DNA of 17,684 nt from Deferrisomatales bacterium (GTDB lineage: Bacteria > Desulfobacterota > Deferrisomatia > Deferrisomatales > JACRMM01), in NCBI GenBank assembly GCA_033551855.1, contig JAWSUI010000070.1, forward strand, positions 1 through 17,684, in the 5' to 3' direction. Positions 1 to 11,000 of the stretch are shown here, piece by piece. Position 1 is the first letter of the stretch; each line of letters begins with the position of its first letter. The translations under genes and the position numbers were made by a program. The notes under the pieces are model-generated. The model worked only from the letters and a program-made list of their open reading frames with translations, did not search any database and had not been told where the DNA came from.

Positions 1-2
1 CC

Positions 3-179
3 GACGAGGCGGCGCGGGTGCTCGACGAGCCCCGCGACCCGGCGGTGCCCCTTCCCTGGGACTTTCTCCGGGGCCTGCCCGATCGGGCCCACCTCCTCGG
101 GGAGCGGGAAGCGGCCCTCCGGGGCGAGGGGCCGCGCACCTGCCGGCCGGGGGGGTGCCGGGTCTGCGGGGTCTGCTGA
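3..179 (+). CDS. 3' end of a CDS running in from the left edge; probable B12-binding radical SAM protein (TIGR03960/YgiQ-like C-terminus)
   Basis: Frame from nt 3 reads DEAARVLDEPRDPAVPLPWDFLRGLPDRAHLLGEREAALRGEGPRTCRPGGCRVCGVC-stop (TGA 177-179). PLPWD followed by a terminal Cx4CxxCGVC cluster resembles that family's C-terminus. Only 58 codons are visible. Confidence 0.6.
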   Translation, partial: DEAARVLDEPRDPAVPLPWDFLRGLPDRAHLLGEREAALRGEGPRTCRPGGCRVCGVC

Positions 180-364
180 GGGGCCTTGGGGGGTGCGCCG
201 GCGTGCCCGAGCGGGCCCGCGCCCGTGGCAGAAAGCGCGTGCCCGCGGGCACCCGGGCGTAGTAGCCTGCCTCGGCACCCGGGAGCGGGAGGAGCGAGGC
301 GGGCGGACGAGGGCCGGCGAGGGGGTGCCGCCCCGGGATGGACACCGACGAGGAGGAGAGCCCC

Positions 365-868
365 ATGGAGACCGGCACCGCACTGGACATCCTCAAGAGC
401 GCGCTGCTCCTGGAGCGGCGGGGGAAGGCCTTCTACACGGCGGCGGCCGAGCAGGCGAAGAGCCGGCCCGTGCGGGAGCTCTTCGAGCGCATGGCCGAGG
501 AGGAGGAGCGCCACATCGGCGTCCTCTCCGACCAGTTCGCGTCGTACCGGACCCGAGGGGCCTTCGCCGCCCCGCCGGCCGACCGGGACCCTTCCGGGGA
601 CGTGGCGGCGGCGGTGCTCACCCGCCGGCTGAGCGAGAGCATCTCGGCCGCGAGCTTCGAGGCGGCGGCGGTCTCGGCCGCCATGGCCCTGGAGCGGAAC
701 GCCATCCGCCTGTACGCGGACCGGGCGCAGAGCGCCCAAGACCCGGAGGAGAGGGCGCTCTACCAGTGGCTGGCCGACTGGGAGGCCGGGCACCTGGAGC
801 TCCTCTCCAAGGTGGACCGGGAGGTCACCGAGGCGGCCTGGAACGACAACGCCTTCTGGCCTTATTGA
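365..868 (+). CDS. Rubrerythrin-like/ferritin-family di-iron four-helix-bundle protein (no rubredoxin domain)
   Basis: Two E-x(n)-ExxH units (ALLLERRGKAFY...MAEEEERH and AMALERNAIRLY...LADWEAGH). AGGAGG at 351-356 favours ATG 365 over the ORF-track start at 338. Confidence 0.88.
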   Translation: METGTALDILKSALLLERRGKAFYTAAAEQAKSRPVRELFERMAEEEERHIGVLSDQFASYRTRGAFAAPPADRDPSGDVAAAVLTRRLSESISAASFEAAAVSAAMALERNAIRLYADRAQSAQDPEERALYQWLADWEAGHLELLSKVDREVTEAAWNDNAFWPY

Positions 869-879
869 GGTTTTGTTGC

Positions 880-926
880 GACACCCCATCCCCACCTTCG
901 CACTCCCCTTGAAGGGGAGGGAACCG
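880..926 (+). repeat. Single REP-like palindromic unit (GACACCCCATCCCCACC...CTCCCCTTGAAGGGGAGGGAACCG)
   Basis: Near-identical direct copy of 1131-1176. Contains the hairpin CTCCCCTT-G-AAGGGGAG and lies just after the ferritin-like stop codon. Confidence 0.85.
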
Positions 927-1036
927 AAGGACGGGCGGTCCTGGCGCAGCGGGGTGCCTTCGGCCCACCCATGGGTGTTCGGCCGTGCGATTCCGCCGTC
1001 CTGCGGAATCGTCGCCCGCCGGGTTACGCCTGCTTT

Positions 1037-1176
1037 GAGGAGCAGCTCAGCCCCAAGTGCCCCCTCTCCCTCAGGGAGAGGGTTGGGGTGAGGGTGGGGC
1101 TTGTGTCTACCTGCATTCGAAGGCGAGTTTGACACCCCATCCCCACCCTTGCCCTCCCCTTGAAGGGGAGGAACCG
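1037..1176 (+). repeat. ~140-bp REP-doublet (REPIN/BIME-like) element, copy A
   Basis: Contains palindromes CCCTCTCCC-TCA-GGGAGAGGG and CCTCCCCTT-G-AAGGGGAGG joined by a linker. Aligns by eye to the reverse complement of 4157-4302. Confidence 0.9.
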
Positions 1177-1226
1177 ATCCCGGTCCCGGTGAGGGGCGAC
1201 AGAAGGAGCCTGCCCCCCGGCCCGGG

Positions 1227-2252
1227 TCAGAAGCGGGCCTTCACCCCCGCTCGCAGGAACGGCCCGCCGGCCACGGCGGCGCGGTCCCGGGTGCGTTCCT
1301 TGAAGTCCTCCCCCAGGAAGTAGTAGCGGTCGAAGGCGTACCCCCCAGAGACCTCCCACCCCCACCGGGGGGACGGGTCGCGGCGCACCCCGACCTCGGC
1401 CCGCTTCTCGTAGTACCAGAGGCGGTCCCCGCGCCGGTCGCGGCCGGCCAGGAAGTGCGACTCGCTGTCCAGGTGGAACCCGGCGTAGGCCTGGGCGTGC
1501 CCGGGCAGGCGGCGGGTGACCTCGGCCCCGAGGGTGCGCGGCCAGAAGTAGAAGAGACTCGCCCCCCACCCGCCCTCGCTGCCCCACCGCGCCATGAAGA
1601 AGGGCGCCCCCAGCAGCAACAGGCTGCGGGGCGTGGGCTGTGCGGAGTAGGCGAGACCGGGCAGGGGGACGTGGTTCCAGAATTCCCGGGTGTTGTCGTA
1701 GCGCAGGAAGAGGAGCCACGCGGCCCGCTCCCCGTGGGGCAGGCGGTACAGCGCGGTTGCGCTCACCGCCACCTCGCGGCCGCTGCGGAACGGGCGGTCG
1801 CTCGGGGAGCCCACCGTGGCGGCGAGGCCGGCCCAGCGCCCCGGGGTCAGGAATCGCCGGTACCCCACGCCCAGGCCCAGATCCCACAGATGGTCGGGCA
1901 GGGGCGTGCCCGAGGCCGGGAGCCGGGCCTCGCCGGCGAGGCCGTGGTGGCGAAGGCGCAGGGCGGCCGACCCTTCCCCCCGGTGCCCCATGGGAATCGC
2001 CGCGAGAAGGTCGCCCTTCTGGGTCCGGACCTCCACCGACTCCCCGGCCGCGTCGCCCCGGGTGTCGCGCTCGGGCCGCCACTGCGCGGAACCGGCCGCC
2101 TGGATCTGGAGTCCCCGGGCCGGCGGCCCGAGCATCCGCAGCAGGAGCCCTTCCTCGGCCGCCCCCGGCTTCCCGGCCCCCAGCACGGCGGTCAAGACGG
2201 CCAGCACCCCGCAGGCACCGCGCAGGCGGAACCGCGTGGCCGTCACCCGCAT
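1227..2252 (-). CDS. Putative outer-membrane beta-barrel protein (DUF6268-like)
   Basis: N-terminal signal-peptide-like segment (MRVTATRFRLRGACGVLAVLTAVLGAG...), many alternating amphipathic aromatic-rich strands and a terminal Phe (FLRAGVKARF) matching a BamA beta-signal. The family name comes from resemblance, not a search. Confidence 0.7.
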   Translation of the reverse strand: MRVTATRFRLRGACGVLAVLTAVLGAGKPGAAEEGLLLRMLGPPARGLQIQAAGSAQWRPERDTRGDAAGESVEVRTQKGDLLAAIPMGHRGEGSAALRLRHHGLAGEARLPASGTPLPDHLWDLGLGVGYRRFLTPGRWAGLAATVGSPSDRPFRSGREVAVSATALYRLPHGERAAWLLFLRYDNTREFWNHVPLPGLAYSAQPTPRSLLLLGAPFFMARWGSEGGWGASLFYFWPRTLGAEVTRRLPGHAQAYAGFHLDSESHFLAGRDRRGDRLWYYEKRAEVGVRRDPSPRWGWEVSGGYAFDRYYFLGEDFKERTRDRAAVAGGPFLRAGVKARF

Positions 2253-2263
2253 CCCGCGTCCCG

Positions 2264-2291
2264 GCGTCGAGCGTCGAGCGTCAAGCGTCGA
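2264..2291. repeat. Heptamer tandem repeat (GCGTCGA)x4 with one variant GCGTCAA
   Basis: Read directly in the 58-bp gap between the activator stop codon and the beta-barrel start codon. Confidence 0.85.
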
Positions 2292-2310
2292 GCCTCCGGG
2301 CCTCCCCGCG

Positions 2311-3852
<1,542 letters not shown>

Positions 3853-4156
3853 CGCAAGCCTCCTTGGGGAAAAACGGTTCTTCCGGTAAACGACCGGGGG
3901 TGGGCCCGCCCACTCGGCGGCCGACGCCGGACGCCCTCAGGGCCTGTCCGGGAATAACGGATGCAAAGGCGGGGGCCGAGCCGCCCGGCCGACAAGGCGC
4001 GAGGAGGGCGCATCCCCGTTGCGGTACGTAACCGACGAGCAACGCAGTCGGGCGGCATGGATCGGCCCTCGCACTGCGATCGTTATTTCTGGACAGGCCC
4101 TCATATCTGCGAGCCCCCGGGTCCCCCGGAATGCCCGAAGGGACCACGGGTCCCGA

Positions 4157-4302
4157 CGGTTCCCTCCCCTTCAAGGGGAGGGCAAGGGTGGGGATGGGTT
4201 GTCAAACTCGCCTTCGAATTCAGGTAGGTGCAGGACCGACCCCACCCTCACCCCAGCCCTCTCCCTGAGGGAGAGGGGGCTCTTGGGGCTGAGCTGCTCC
4301 TC
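4157..4302 (-). repeat. ~145-bp REP-doublet element, copy B (inverted relative to copy A)
   Basis: Reverse complement matches 1037-1176 except four substitutions, one 1-nt indel and a 7 vs 12 nt central patch. An extra partial unit CCCCTTGAAGGGGAGGG lies at 4323-4339. Confidence 0.9.
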
Positions 4303-4388
4303 GAGGTTGGCGCCCATACCCCCCCCTTGAAGGGGAGGGCAAAGCGGTGCGGGTGCCGCCCATGCAGAGCGCTGCGCGGCCAAGAATT

Positions 4389-4402
4389 CGACAAAAGTGT
4401 AG
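4389..4402. promoter_or_regulatory. Candidate activator-binding palindrome CGACA-N4-TGTAG upstream of glnA
   Basis: Imperfect AT-rich dyad (CGACAAAAGTGTAG) about 150 bp upstream of the glnA ATG, in the region shared with a divergent enhancer-binding-protein gene. Function is inferred. Confidence 0.35.
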
Positions 4403-4549
4403 ACCTTCGCGGCTTTGGGGACAATCACGAAGCCCACGCGCCCCGGCGAGGCAGGCGGCCCTGTCCGATTCGGCCCTTTCCAGGGCGGGCGGGGATTGCT
4501 ATCTTCGGCGCCGGGTTTCCCTGTCCCGTCCGCGTCCAAAGGAGGCACC

Positions 4550-5962
4550 ATGACCCCCAAGGAAGTGCTGGAGTTCGCCAAGGAGAACGAGTGCCGGTTC
4601 ATCGACCTCAAGTTTCAGGACTTCCTGGGGCTGTGGATGCACTACTCCCGCCCGATCCAGGAGCTGGACGAGGCGACCTTCGAGAACGGCTACGGCTTCG
4701 ACGGCTCGAGCATCCGGGGATGGCAGCCGATCCACGCCTCGGACATGCTGGTCGTCCCGGACCCCGACACCGCGCGGATCGACCCCTTCCCCCGGGAGCG
4801 CACCCTCCACCTCATCGGGAACATCTTCGACCCCATCACCCGCGAGCCCTACTCCCGCGACCCCCGCCACATCGCCCAGAAGGCAGAGGCCTACCTGAAG
4901 AGCACGGGGGTGGGGGACACCGCCTACTTCGGGCCCGAGGCCGAGTTCTTCATCTTCGACGACGTGCGCTTCGACCAGACCCGCAACAGCGCCTTCTACC
5001 TGGTGGACTCGGAAGAGGGGCGCTGGAACACCGGCCGCGACGAGCAGCCGAACCTCGGGTACAAGCCCCGGTACAAGGAGGGTTACTTCCCCGTTCCCCC
5101 CACCGACAGCCTCAACGACCTGCGCAACGAGATGGTGCTCGAGCTCATGCGGGTGGGCGTCCACGTGGAGCTCCAGCACCACGAGGTGGCTACCGCCGGC
5201 CAGGGGGAGATCGACATCCGCTACGCGCCCCTCGTGGAGCAGGGCGACAACCTGCAGTGGTTCAAGTACATCCTCAAGAACGTGGCCCGGCGCAACGGCA
5301 AGACCCTCACCTTCATGCCCAAGCCCCTGTTCGAGGACAACGGGTCGGGCATGCACGTGCACCAGTCCATCTGGAAGGGCGGCACCAACGTCTTCGCCGG
5401 GGACCGGTACGGGGGGCTCTCCCAGGAGGCCCTCTGGTACGTCGGCGGCATCCTGCGCCACGCCCCGGCCCTGTGCGCCTTCTGCAACCCCTCCACCAAC
5501 TCCTACAAGCGGCTCGTCCCCGGGTACGAAGCCCCGGTGAACCTGGCCTACTCCAGCCGGAACCGCTCGGCGGCGGTGCGCATCCCGATGTACTCCACGA
5601 ACCCCAAGGCCAAGCGCGTGGAGTTCCGCACCCCCGACCCGAGCTGCAACGGGTACCTCGCGTTCGCCGCCATGCTCCTGGCCGGCCTGGACGGCATCGA
5701 GAACCGCATCGACCCCGGTGAGCCCTTGGACAAGGACATCTACGGGCTCTCCCCGGAGGAGCTCCGGGACGTGCCCTCCACCCCCGGCAGCCTCGCCGAC
5801 GCCCTCAAGGCCCTCGCGGCGGACCACGAGTTCCTCCTGAAGGGCGACGTGTTCACCGAGGACGTGGTGGAGATGTGGATCGAGTGGAAGAAGAAGAACG
5901 AGGTCGACGCCGTGAACATGCGCCCCGTGCCCTGGGAGTTCGCCCTGTACTTCGACTGCTGA
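4550..5962 (+). CDS. glnA: Type I glutamine synthetase (470 aa)
   Basis: [69 protein letters not shown] and EFRTPDP motifs. Adenylylation-loop Tyr in DKDIYGL. AAAGGAGG immediately precedes ATG 4550, so the ORF-track start at 4415 is an over-extension. Confidence 0.98.
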   Translation: MTPKEVLEFAKENECRFIDLKFQDFLGLWMHYSRPIQELDEATFENGYGFDGSSIRGWQPIHASDMLVVPDPDTARIDPFPRERTLHLIGNIFDPITREPYSRDPRHIAQKAEAYLKSTGVGDTAYFGPEAEFFIFDDVRFDQTRNSAFYLVDSEEGRWNTGRDEQPNLGYKPRYKEGYFPVPPTDSLNDLRNEMVLELMRVGVHVELQHHEVATAGQGEIDIRYAPLVEQGDNLQWFKYILKNVARRNGKTLTFMPKPLFEDNGSGMHVHQSIWKGGTNVFAGDRYGGLSQEALWYVGGILRHAPALCAFCNPSTNSYKRLVPGYEAPVNLAYSSRNRSAAVRIPMYSTNPKAKRVEFRTPDPSCNGYLAFAAMLLAGLDGIENRIDPGEPLDKDIYGLSPEELRDVPSTPGSLADALKALAADHEFLLKGDVFTEDVVEMWIEWKKKNEVDAVNMRPVPWEFALYFDC

Positions 5963-5973
5963 GCGCCCCCGGT

Positions 5974-6029
5974 CCCGGCGCCCCGGCTACCCGGCTACCC
6001 GGCGTCCCAGCGTCCCAGCATCCCAGCAT
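5974..6029. repeat. Degenerate octamer tandem array (7 units)
   Basis: Units: CCCGGCGC, CCCGGCTA, CCCGGCTA, CCCGGCGT, CCCAGCGT, CCCAGCAT, CCCAGCAT, between glnA and the next gene. Confidence 0.85.
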
Positions 6030-6054
6030 CCTGGCGGCCACAGAGAGGTCCTGC

Positions 6055-7419
6055 ATGCGATTCACGAGCGAAGAGATCCTCGAAACCGTCGGCATGATCG
6101 CCGAGGACCGCCTCGACATCCGCACGGTGACCCTGGGGGTTTCCCTGTGGGACTGCTCGGACCCGGACCCCCGGGCCTGCGGCCGCAAGGTCCGGGAGAA
6201 GATCCTCGCCCGCGCCTCGGGGCTTGGGGCCGCCGCCCGCGAGATCGAGAGCGCCTACGGCATCCCGATCGTCAACACCCGGGTGAGTCTCACCCCCCTG
6301 GCGCTGGTGGTGCCCTGCGCCGAGCCCGAGGCCTTCCTCGAGGTGGGCCGGGCCGTGGACCGGGCCGCCGAGGAGGTGGGCGTGAACTTCGTGGGCGGGT
6401 TCTCCGCCCTCATCCCCAAGGGCGCGACCCGGGTGGACCGGGCGCTCCTGCAGGCAATCCCCGAGGTGCTCTCCACCACCGAGCGCCTGTGCTCGTCCGT
6501 GGCCGTGGCCTCCACCCGGGCCGGGATCAACGCGGACGCCTGCCTGGAGATGGGGGGCATCCTGCGGGAGACCGCCCGGCGCACCGCCGACCGGGACGGC
6601 ATCGGGTGCGCCAAGCTCGTGGTCTTCGCCAACGCCGTGGAGGACAACCCCTTCATGGCCGGCGCCTTCTTCGGCCCGGGGGAGGCGGAGTCGGCGGTCC
6701 TCGTCGGGGTGAGCGGCCCGGGCGCGGTGCGCCGGGCCCTCGAGGCGCTTCCGCCCGGTGCGGACCTCGGGCAGGTGGCGGAGGCCATCAAGAAGGCCGC
6801 CTTCAAGATCACCCGGATGGGGGAGCTCGTGGGCCGGGAGATGGCCCGCAAGCTGGGGGTCGAGCTCGGGATCCTGGACCTCTCCCTGGCGCCCACCCCC
6901 GCCGAGGGGGACAGCGTGGGGCAGATCCTGGAGGTGCTGGGGCTCGGCAGGCCCGGGGCGCCCGGCTCCACCGCCGCCCTCATGATGCTCAACGACGCGG
7001 TGAAGAAGGGCGGGGCCTTCGCCTCTTCCTCCGTGGGCGGGCTCTCGGGAGCCTTCATCCCGGTCAGCGAGGACGCCTCCATGATCCGCGCCGCGGCCGA
7101 GGGGGCCCTCACCCTGGAGAAGCTCGAGGCCATGACGAGCGTGTGCTCCGTGGGGCTCGACATGGTCGCCGTGCCGGGCGACACCCCGGCCGAGACCCTG
7201 GCGGCGATCATCGCGGACGAGATGGCCATCGGCGTGGCGAACAACAAGACCACCGCCGTGCGCATCATCCCGGCGCCCGGCAAGGCCGCCGGCGACCGGG
7301 TCCACTTCGGCGGGCTCCTGGGGGAGGCCCCCGTCATGCCCGTGAACCCCACCCCCTGCGGTCCCTTCATCCGCAGGGGCGGCCGCATCCCCGCCCCGGT
7401 GCACGCACTGCGGAACTGA
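6055..7419 (+). CDS. UPF0210/DUF711 PFL-like family protein (454 aa)
   Basis: EILETVGMI...[45 protein letters not shown]...[40 protein letters not shown] and [14 protein letters not shown] are all characteristic. GAGAGG precedes ATG 6055. Confidence 0.93.
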   Translation: MRFTSEEILETVGMIAEDRLDIRTVTLGVSLWDCSDPDPRACGRKVREKILARASGLGAAAREIESAYGIPIVNTRVSLTPLALVVPCAEPEAFLEVGRAVDRAAEEVGVNFVGGFSALIPKGATRVDRALLQAIPEVLSTTERLCSSVAVASTRAGINADACLEMGGILRETARRTADRDGIGCAKLVVFANAVEDNPFMAGAFFGPGEAESAVLVGVSGPGAVRRALEALPPGADLGQVAEAIKKAAFKITRMGELVGREMARKLGVELGILDLSLAPTPAEGDSVGQILEVLGLGRPGAPGSTAALMMLNDAVKKGGAFASSSVGGLSGAFIPVSEDASMIRAAAEGALTLEKLEAMTSVCSVGLDMVAVPGDTPAETLAAIIADEMAIGVANNKTTAVRIIPAPGKAAGDRVHFGGLLGEAPVMPVNPTPCGPFIRRGGRIPAPVHALRN

Positions 7420-7483
7420 GAGCCCGTCCACCTTTCCCCCCCGACGAGCCCGCTCGGCTCGCCTGGCCTAAGAAATATTCCTG

Positions 7484-7519
7484 AAAAGGCTACCAAGATA
7501 ATCTTTGAGGTAGCTTTTT
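7484..7519 (+). terminator. Probable intrinsic (possibly bidirectional) terminator
   Basis: AAAAG-GCTACC-AAGATAATCTTTGA-GGTAGC-TTTTT about 65 bp after the UPF0210 stop. Could alternatively or additionally be an operator for the adjacent promoter. Confidence 0.6.
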
Positions 7520-7532
7520 GCGTCATTTTGTC

Positions 7533-7562
7533 TTGACACCCGCCGCCGCGGCAGGGTATCCC
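7533..7562 (+). promoter_or_regulatory. Candidate sigma70 promoter facing the Rhs gene
   Basis: Perfect TTGACA at 7533-7538, 18-bp spacer, weak -10 TATCCC at 7557-7562, with an AT-rich upstream tract. Confidence 0.45.
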
Positions 7563-7663
7563 TTGCGCCCTGTCCCCCGGAGTGGAGGAGAGGGCGCTCC
7601 CCCCTGAGCCGTTCCTCCCGAGTCGGGGCCGCGGGGCTCCGCCGCTCCGAGGGTTCTTCCCCT

Positions 7664-7751
7664 GAAACAGGCGAAGGGGCGAGCGCTGCCACGCTCACCC
7701 CTTCTGGCTGCCGTTGCCGAGGTTGGATGGGACCCCGCGCAGCAACAGGCG
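7664..7751 (-). ncRNA. Candidate ~90-nt two-hairpin small RNA
   Basis: Lies directly downstream of a minus-strand TTGACA-N17-TAGCCT. Stem 1 is CUGUUGCUG/CGGCAACGG with C-rich loop CCCAUCCA. Stem 2 is GAAGGGGUGAGCG/CGCUCGCCCCUUC. All three non-Watson-Crick positions are G-U pairs only on the minus strand. Confidence 0.5.
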
Positions 7752-7757
7752 TGCTTT

Positions 7758-7786
7758 AGGCTAGACCGGCGTTCTTTGCCTGTCAA
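7758..7786 (-). promoter_or_regulatory. Sigma70-type promoter on the minus strand
   Basis: TTGACA (7786-7781), exactly 17-bp spacer, TAGCCT (7763-7758) retaining the conserved T, A and final T of the -10 box. Confidence 0.65.
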
Positions 7787-8060
7787 CCGCCGCCCCCGCG
7801 CCCGCCCCGGCGATGGCCTCCTCGGGTCTCGGCGGGGGTGCGCTCGTGAACATCCCGATCCTCTCGTTCTCCCCGTCCGTTCCGGGCCTCCTGCAGCTCG
7901 TCCCCCGCTCTCTCTGCGCCTCCGTTCCGGACCGCGGCACGTTCTCGACGTGTCCGCGACGTTCGGCTGCTAACCCGCCAGCCGCCAGGCATCCCCTGGG
8001 TGCGGCCGCGGAAGGGCTCCGTCCCGCGCCCCGCCCGGGCGGGGAGAAAGGAAGGCTCCC

Positions 8061-11000
8061 GTGAAGCGACCCTACGGAACCCGGCTCCCCCGGCGCCCCC
8101 TGCCGCACCTCCTCGCCTCGGTACTGGCCCTTGCCCTCGCCTTGGTCCTCACGAGGGGGGCCGCGGCCGCCTGGGAGGAGGTCGTCGTCTTTGGCCCCGA
8201 GCGGTTCGACCGAGACGTCGGGGCGCCCCGGACCGAGGCGCGGGACTTTGCGGTGCCCTCCCAGGGGCAGGCCTTTCTCCTGCGGGTCCAGAACGGCTCC
8301 CTGGACCAGGGGGACCTGGTTTCCAGCGCCGTCGTCGGGCTCAACGGGGTGACGGTGTTCCAGCAGAACGACTTCCGCCGGAACGCGCAGCACCTGGAGA
8401 GCCCGGTGCACCTCGGGGACCTCAATCGGCTCGAAGTGTGGCTCGCGAGCATGCCGAGCTCCCACCTCACGGTCACGGTGCTCGCCTACTACGACCCCGA
8501 GGACCTGGACCGGGACGGCGACGGCTTCAGCCCGCGCCAGGGCGACTGCGACGACACCCGCCCCGACGTCTTCCCCGGCGCAGAGGAGGTGTGCGACGGC
8601 CGCGACAACGACTGCGACGGGATCGCCGACAACGGTTGCCTGGCGGACCTCACCGTGAGCCCCTCCTCCATCCGGTTCACGGGCAGGGGGGAGGCCCGGC
8701 AGCTCACCGTCACCGGGCACTACGTGGCGGCGGGCACGGCGGACCTCACGGCCTCCAGCGAGGGCACGTTCTACGGCACCAGCGCCCCGGCGGTCGCGGG
8801 GGTGAGCCCGGAGGGCCTGGTCACGTCGGAGGATCACGGGGAGGCCGTGGTCCACGTGTCCCACGGGGGGTTCTCCGCGGAAGTCGGCGTCACCGTCTTC
8901 CTCGACGAGGACGGCGACGGGGTGCCCGACCGGGACGACCGGTGCCCCGGCACCGCGGCCGGGGACCCCGTGGACCCCTGGGGGTGCGCCGACGCCCAGC
9001 TCGACGACGACGGCGACGGGGTTTCGAACGCCCAGGACCTCTGCCCCGGCACGCCCCCCGGCCAGGCAGTGGACGACACGGGCTGCCCGCTCGCCCCGCG
9101 GGAGCCCCTGCCGGAAGGAACCTTCGGCAAGGTCTACGAGGATCTGATCCCCGAAGACGCGACCATCGGGGCATACGACCCCAAGCGCTTCTCCCTGGTC
9201 ACGGGCCTCGTGCAGGACCGGGTTGGGGAACCCCTCGCAGGGGTGAAGGTCGCGGTGCACGGCTCGCCCCAGTACGGCTCCGCGCTCACGGACGCCGACG
9301 GGCGGTTCCACCTGCCGATGGACGGCGGAGCGACCTTCACGCTGAGCTACGAGAAGGCGGGTCTCCTGACGGCCCACCGCCAGGTGCAGGTGCCCTGGAA
9401 CGGGGTGGCGGTGGCGGAGACCCTGGCGATGCTCCCGGCCGACCCGGCCGCGACCGCCGTGGCGTTCACCGGGAACCCCGCCGACGTCGTGACTCACCGG
9501 GGCACCCCCGTGACCGACGACTTCGGCACCAGGTCCGCCACCCTCGTGCTCACCGGCGACAACCGGGCGTGGGGGCGGGACGCCGCGGGCAACGAAGTGG
9601 AGCTCCACGAGGTCACGGTGCGGGCCACCGAGTACGACACCCCGGAGTCCATGCCCGCGAAGCTGCCCCCCAACACGGCCTACACCTACTGCGCCGAGCT
9701 CGCCGTGGACGAGGCGGTAAGTGTGCGGTTCGAGAAGCCAGTGGTGGTGTATGTTGACAACTTCCTCGGCTTCGACGTCGGCGAGATCGTGCCCGCCGGG
9801 TACTACGACCGGGAACGGGCGGTGTGGGTGCCCTCCGAGAACGGGGTCGTCGTTCGCCTGCTCGACCGCAACGGCGACGGCGTCGTGGACGCCCTCGACG
9901 CTACGGGCAACGGCCTCCCGGACGACCTGGACGGCAGCGGGTCGTTTGCGGACGAAGTCCGGGGCCTGGGGGACGCGGCTCTCTACGCGGCGGGGAAGAC
10001 CTACTGGCGGGTCGAGGTCACCCACTTCACGCCCTGGGATTTCAACTGGCCCTACGGCCCGCCGCCCGGTGCCATCGCCCCCAACCCGCCGGCCCCCCCC
10101 ACCGCACACCCCTCGCTCGCGGTGCCGCTGCCCGGGCAGACCACGCCGTGCACGGTGAACAACTCGTACACCACTCCCTTGGACGGAACCTTCCACGAAG
10201 ACATCCCCATCCCCGGCACGGGCATGGCCCTGCACTACGCGAGCAGCCGGGTTCCCGGCCGGAAGACCCGGATTACCGTCCCGGCGAGCGGGGCGTCCTT
10301 GCCGGGCAGTCTCAGGGAGATTCTGGTGCACTTGGAGGTTGCCGGACGCCGCTTCCAATCGGCCCTCCCTGCTGCCCCCAACCAGAAGGCGGAGTTCGCG
10401 TGGGACGGGTTCGACGTCCTAGGCAGATCGGTACGGGGCGTGGCGATGGGAAAGGTGAGCATCGGCTTCGTATACGAGGCCGTATACTACACCGCCGGTG
10501 AAGACTTTGCTCAGGCCTTCGGGCAAGTTGGGAGCAGAGTCACGGGCATCCGGGCCCGTCAGGAGCTGACCGTATGGAAGGTCGCCGTCCTTCCGGTGAG
10601 GACCTCCTACCTGGGTACCGGAACCCTCGCCGAAGGCTGGACGCTGACACCCCACCATCAGAGTGTCCCTTGGAGCCAAGGCCTCTTCAAGGGCGACGGG
10701 TCCTTGGCTAGGGGAGTTGGAGGGCAGGTCATCCACACGGTGGCCGGTACGGGTGAATACGGGTACAGCGGGGACGGAGCTGCCGCGATCGACGCGAAAC
10801 TGAGCTCCCCGCAAGGGTGCGCCGTTGATCAAGCAGGGAACCTCTATTTCGCAGACATTGGTAATCACCGGATCCGTAAACTGGCCGTGGACGGGACCAT
10901 CACCACGGTGGCCGGGGGTGACCGCCCGGGCTTCCAGGGTGATGGCGACATGGCCACCCAGTCCCTTCTGCGTTTCCCCACGAGTGTGGCCGTGGACGCG

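Noticed and set aside
4483..4500. Sigma54 -24/-12 promoter for glnA (GGGCGGGCGGGGATTGCT)
   Set aside because: TTGCT is present, but no GG lies exactly 10 nt before the GC (available spacings are 8, 9, 12, 13). A similar minus-strand site at 3963-3977 has 11-nt spacing.
7560..7790. Known riboswitch (c-di-GMP-I, c-di-AMP, SAM-I, lysine, cobalamin, Moco) or 6S/SRP RNA
   Set aside because: Only scattered short motif matches; conserved cores are not present in the right order on either strand.
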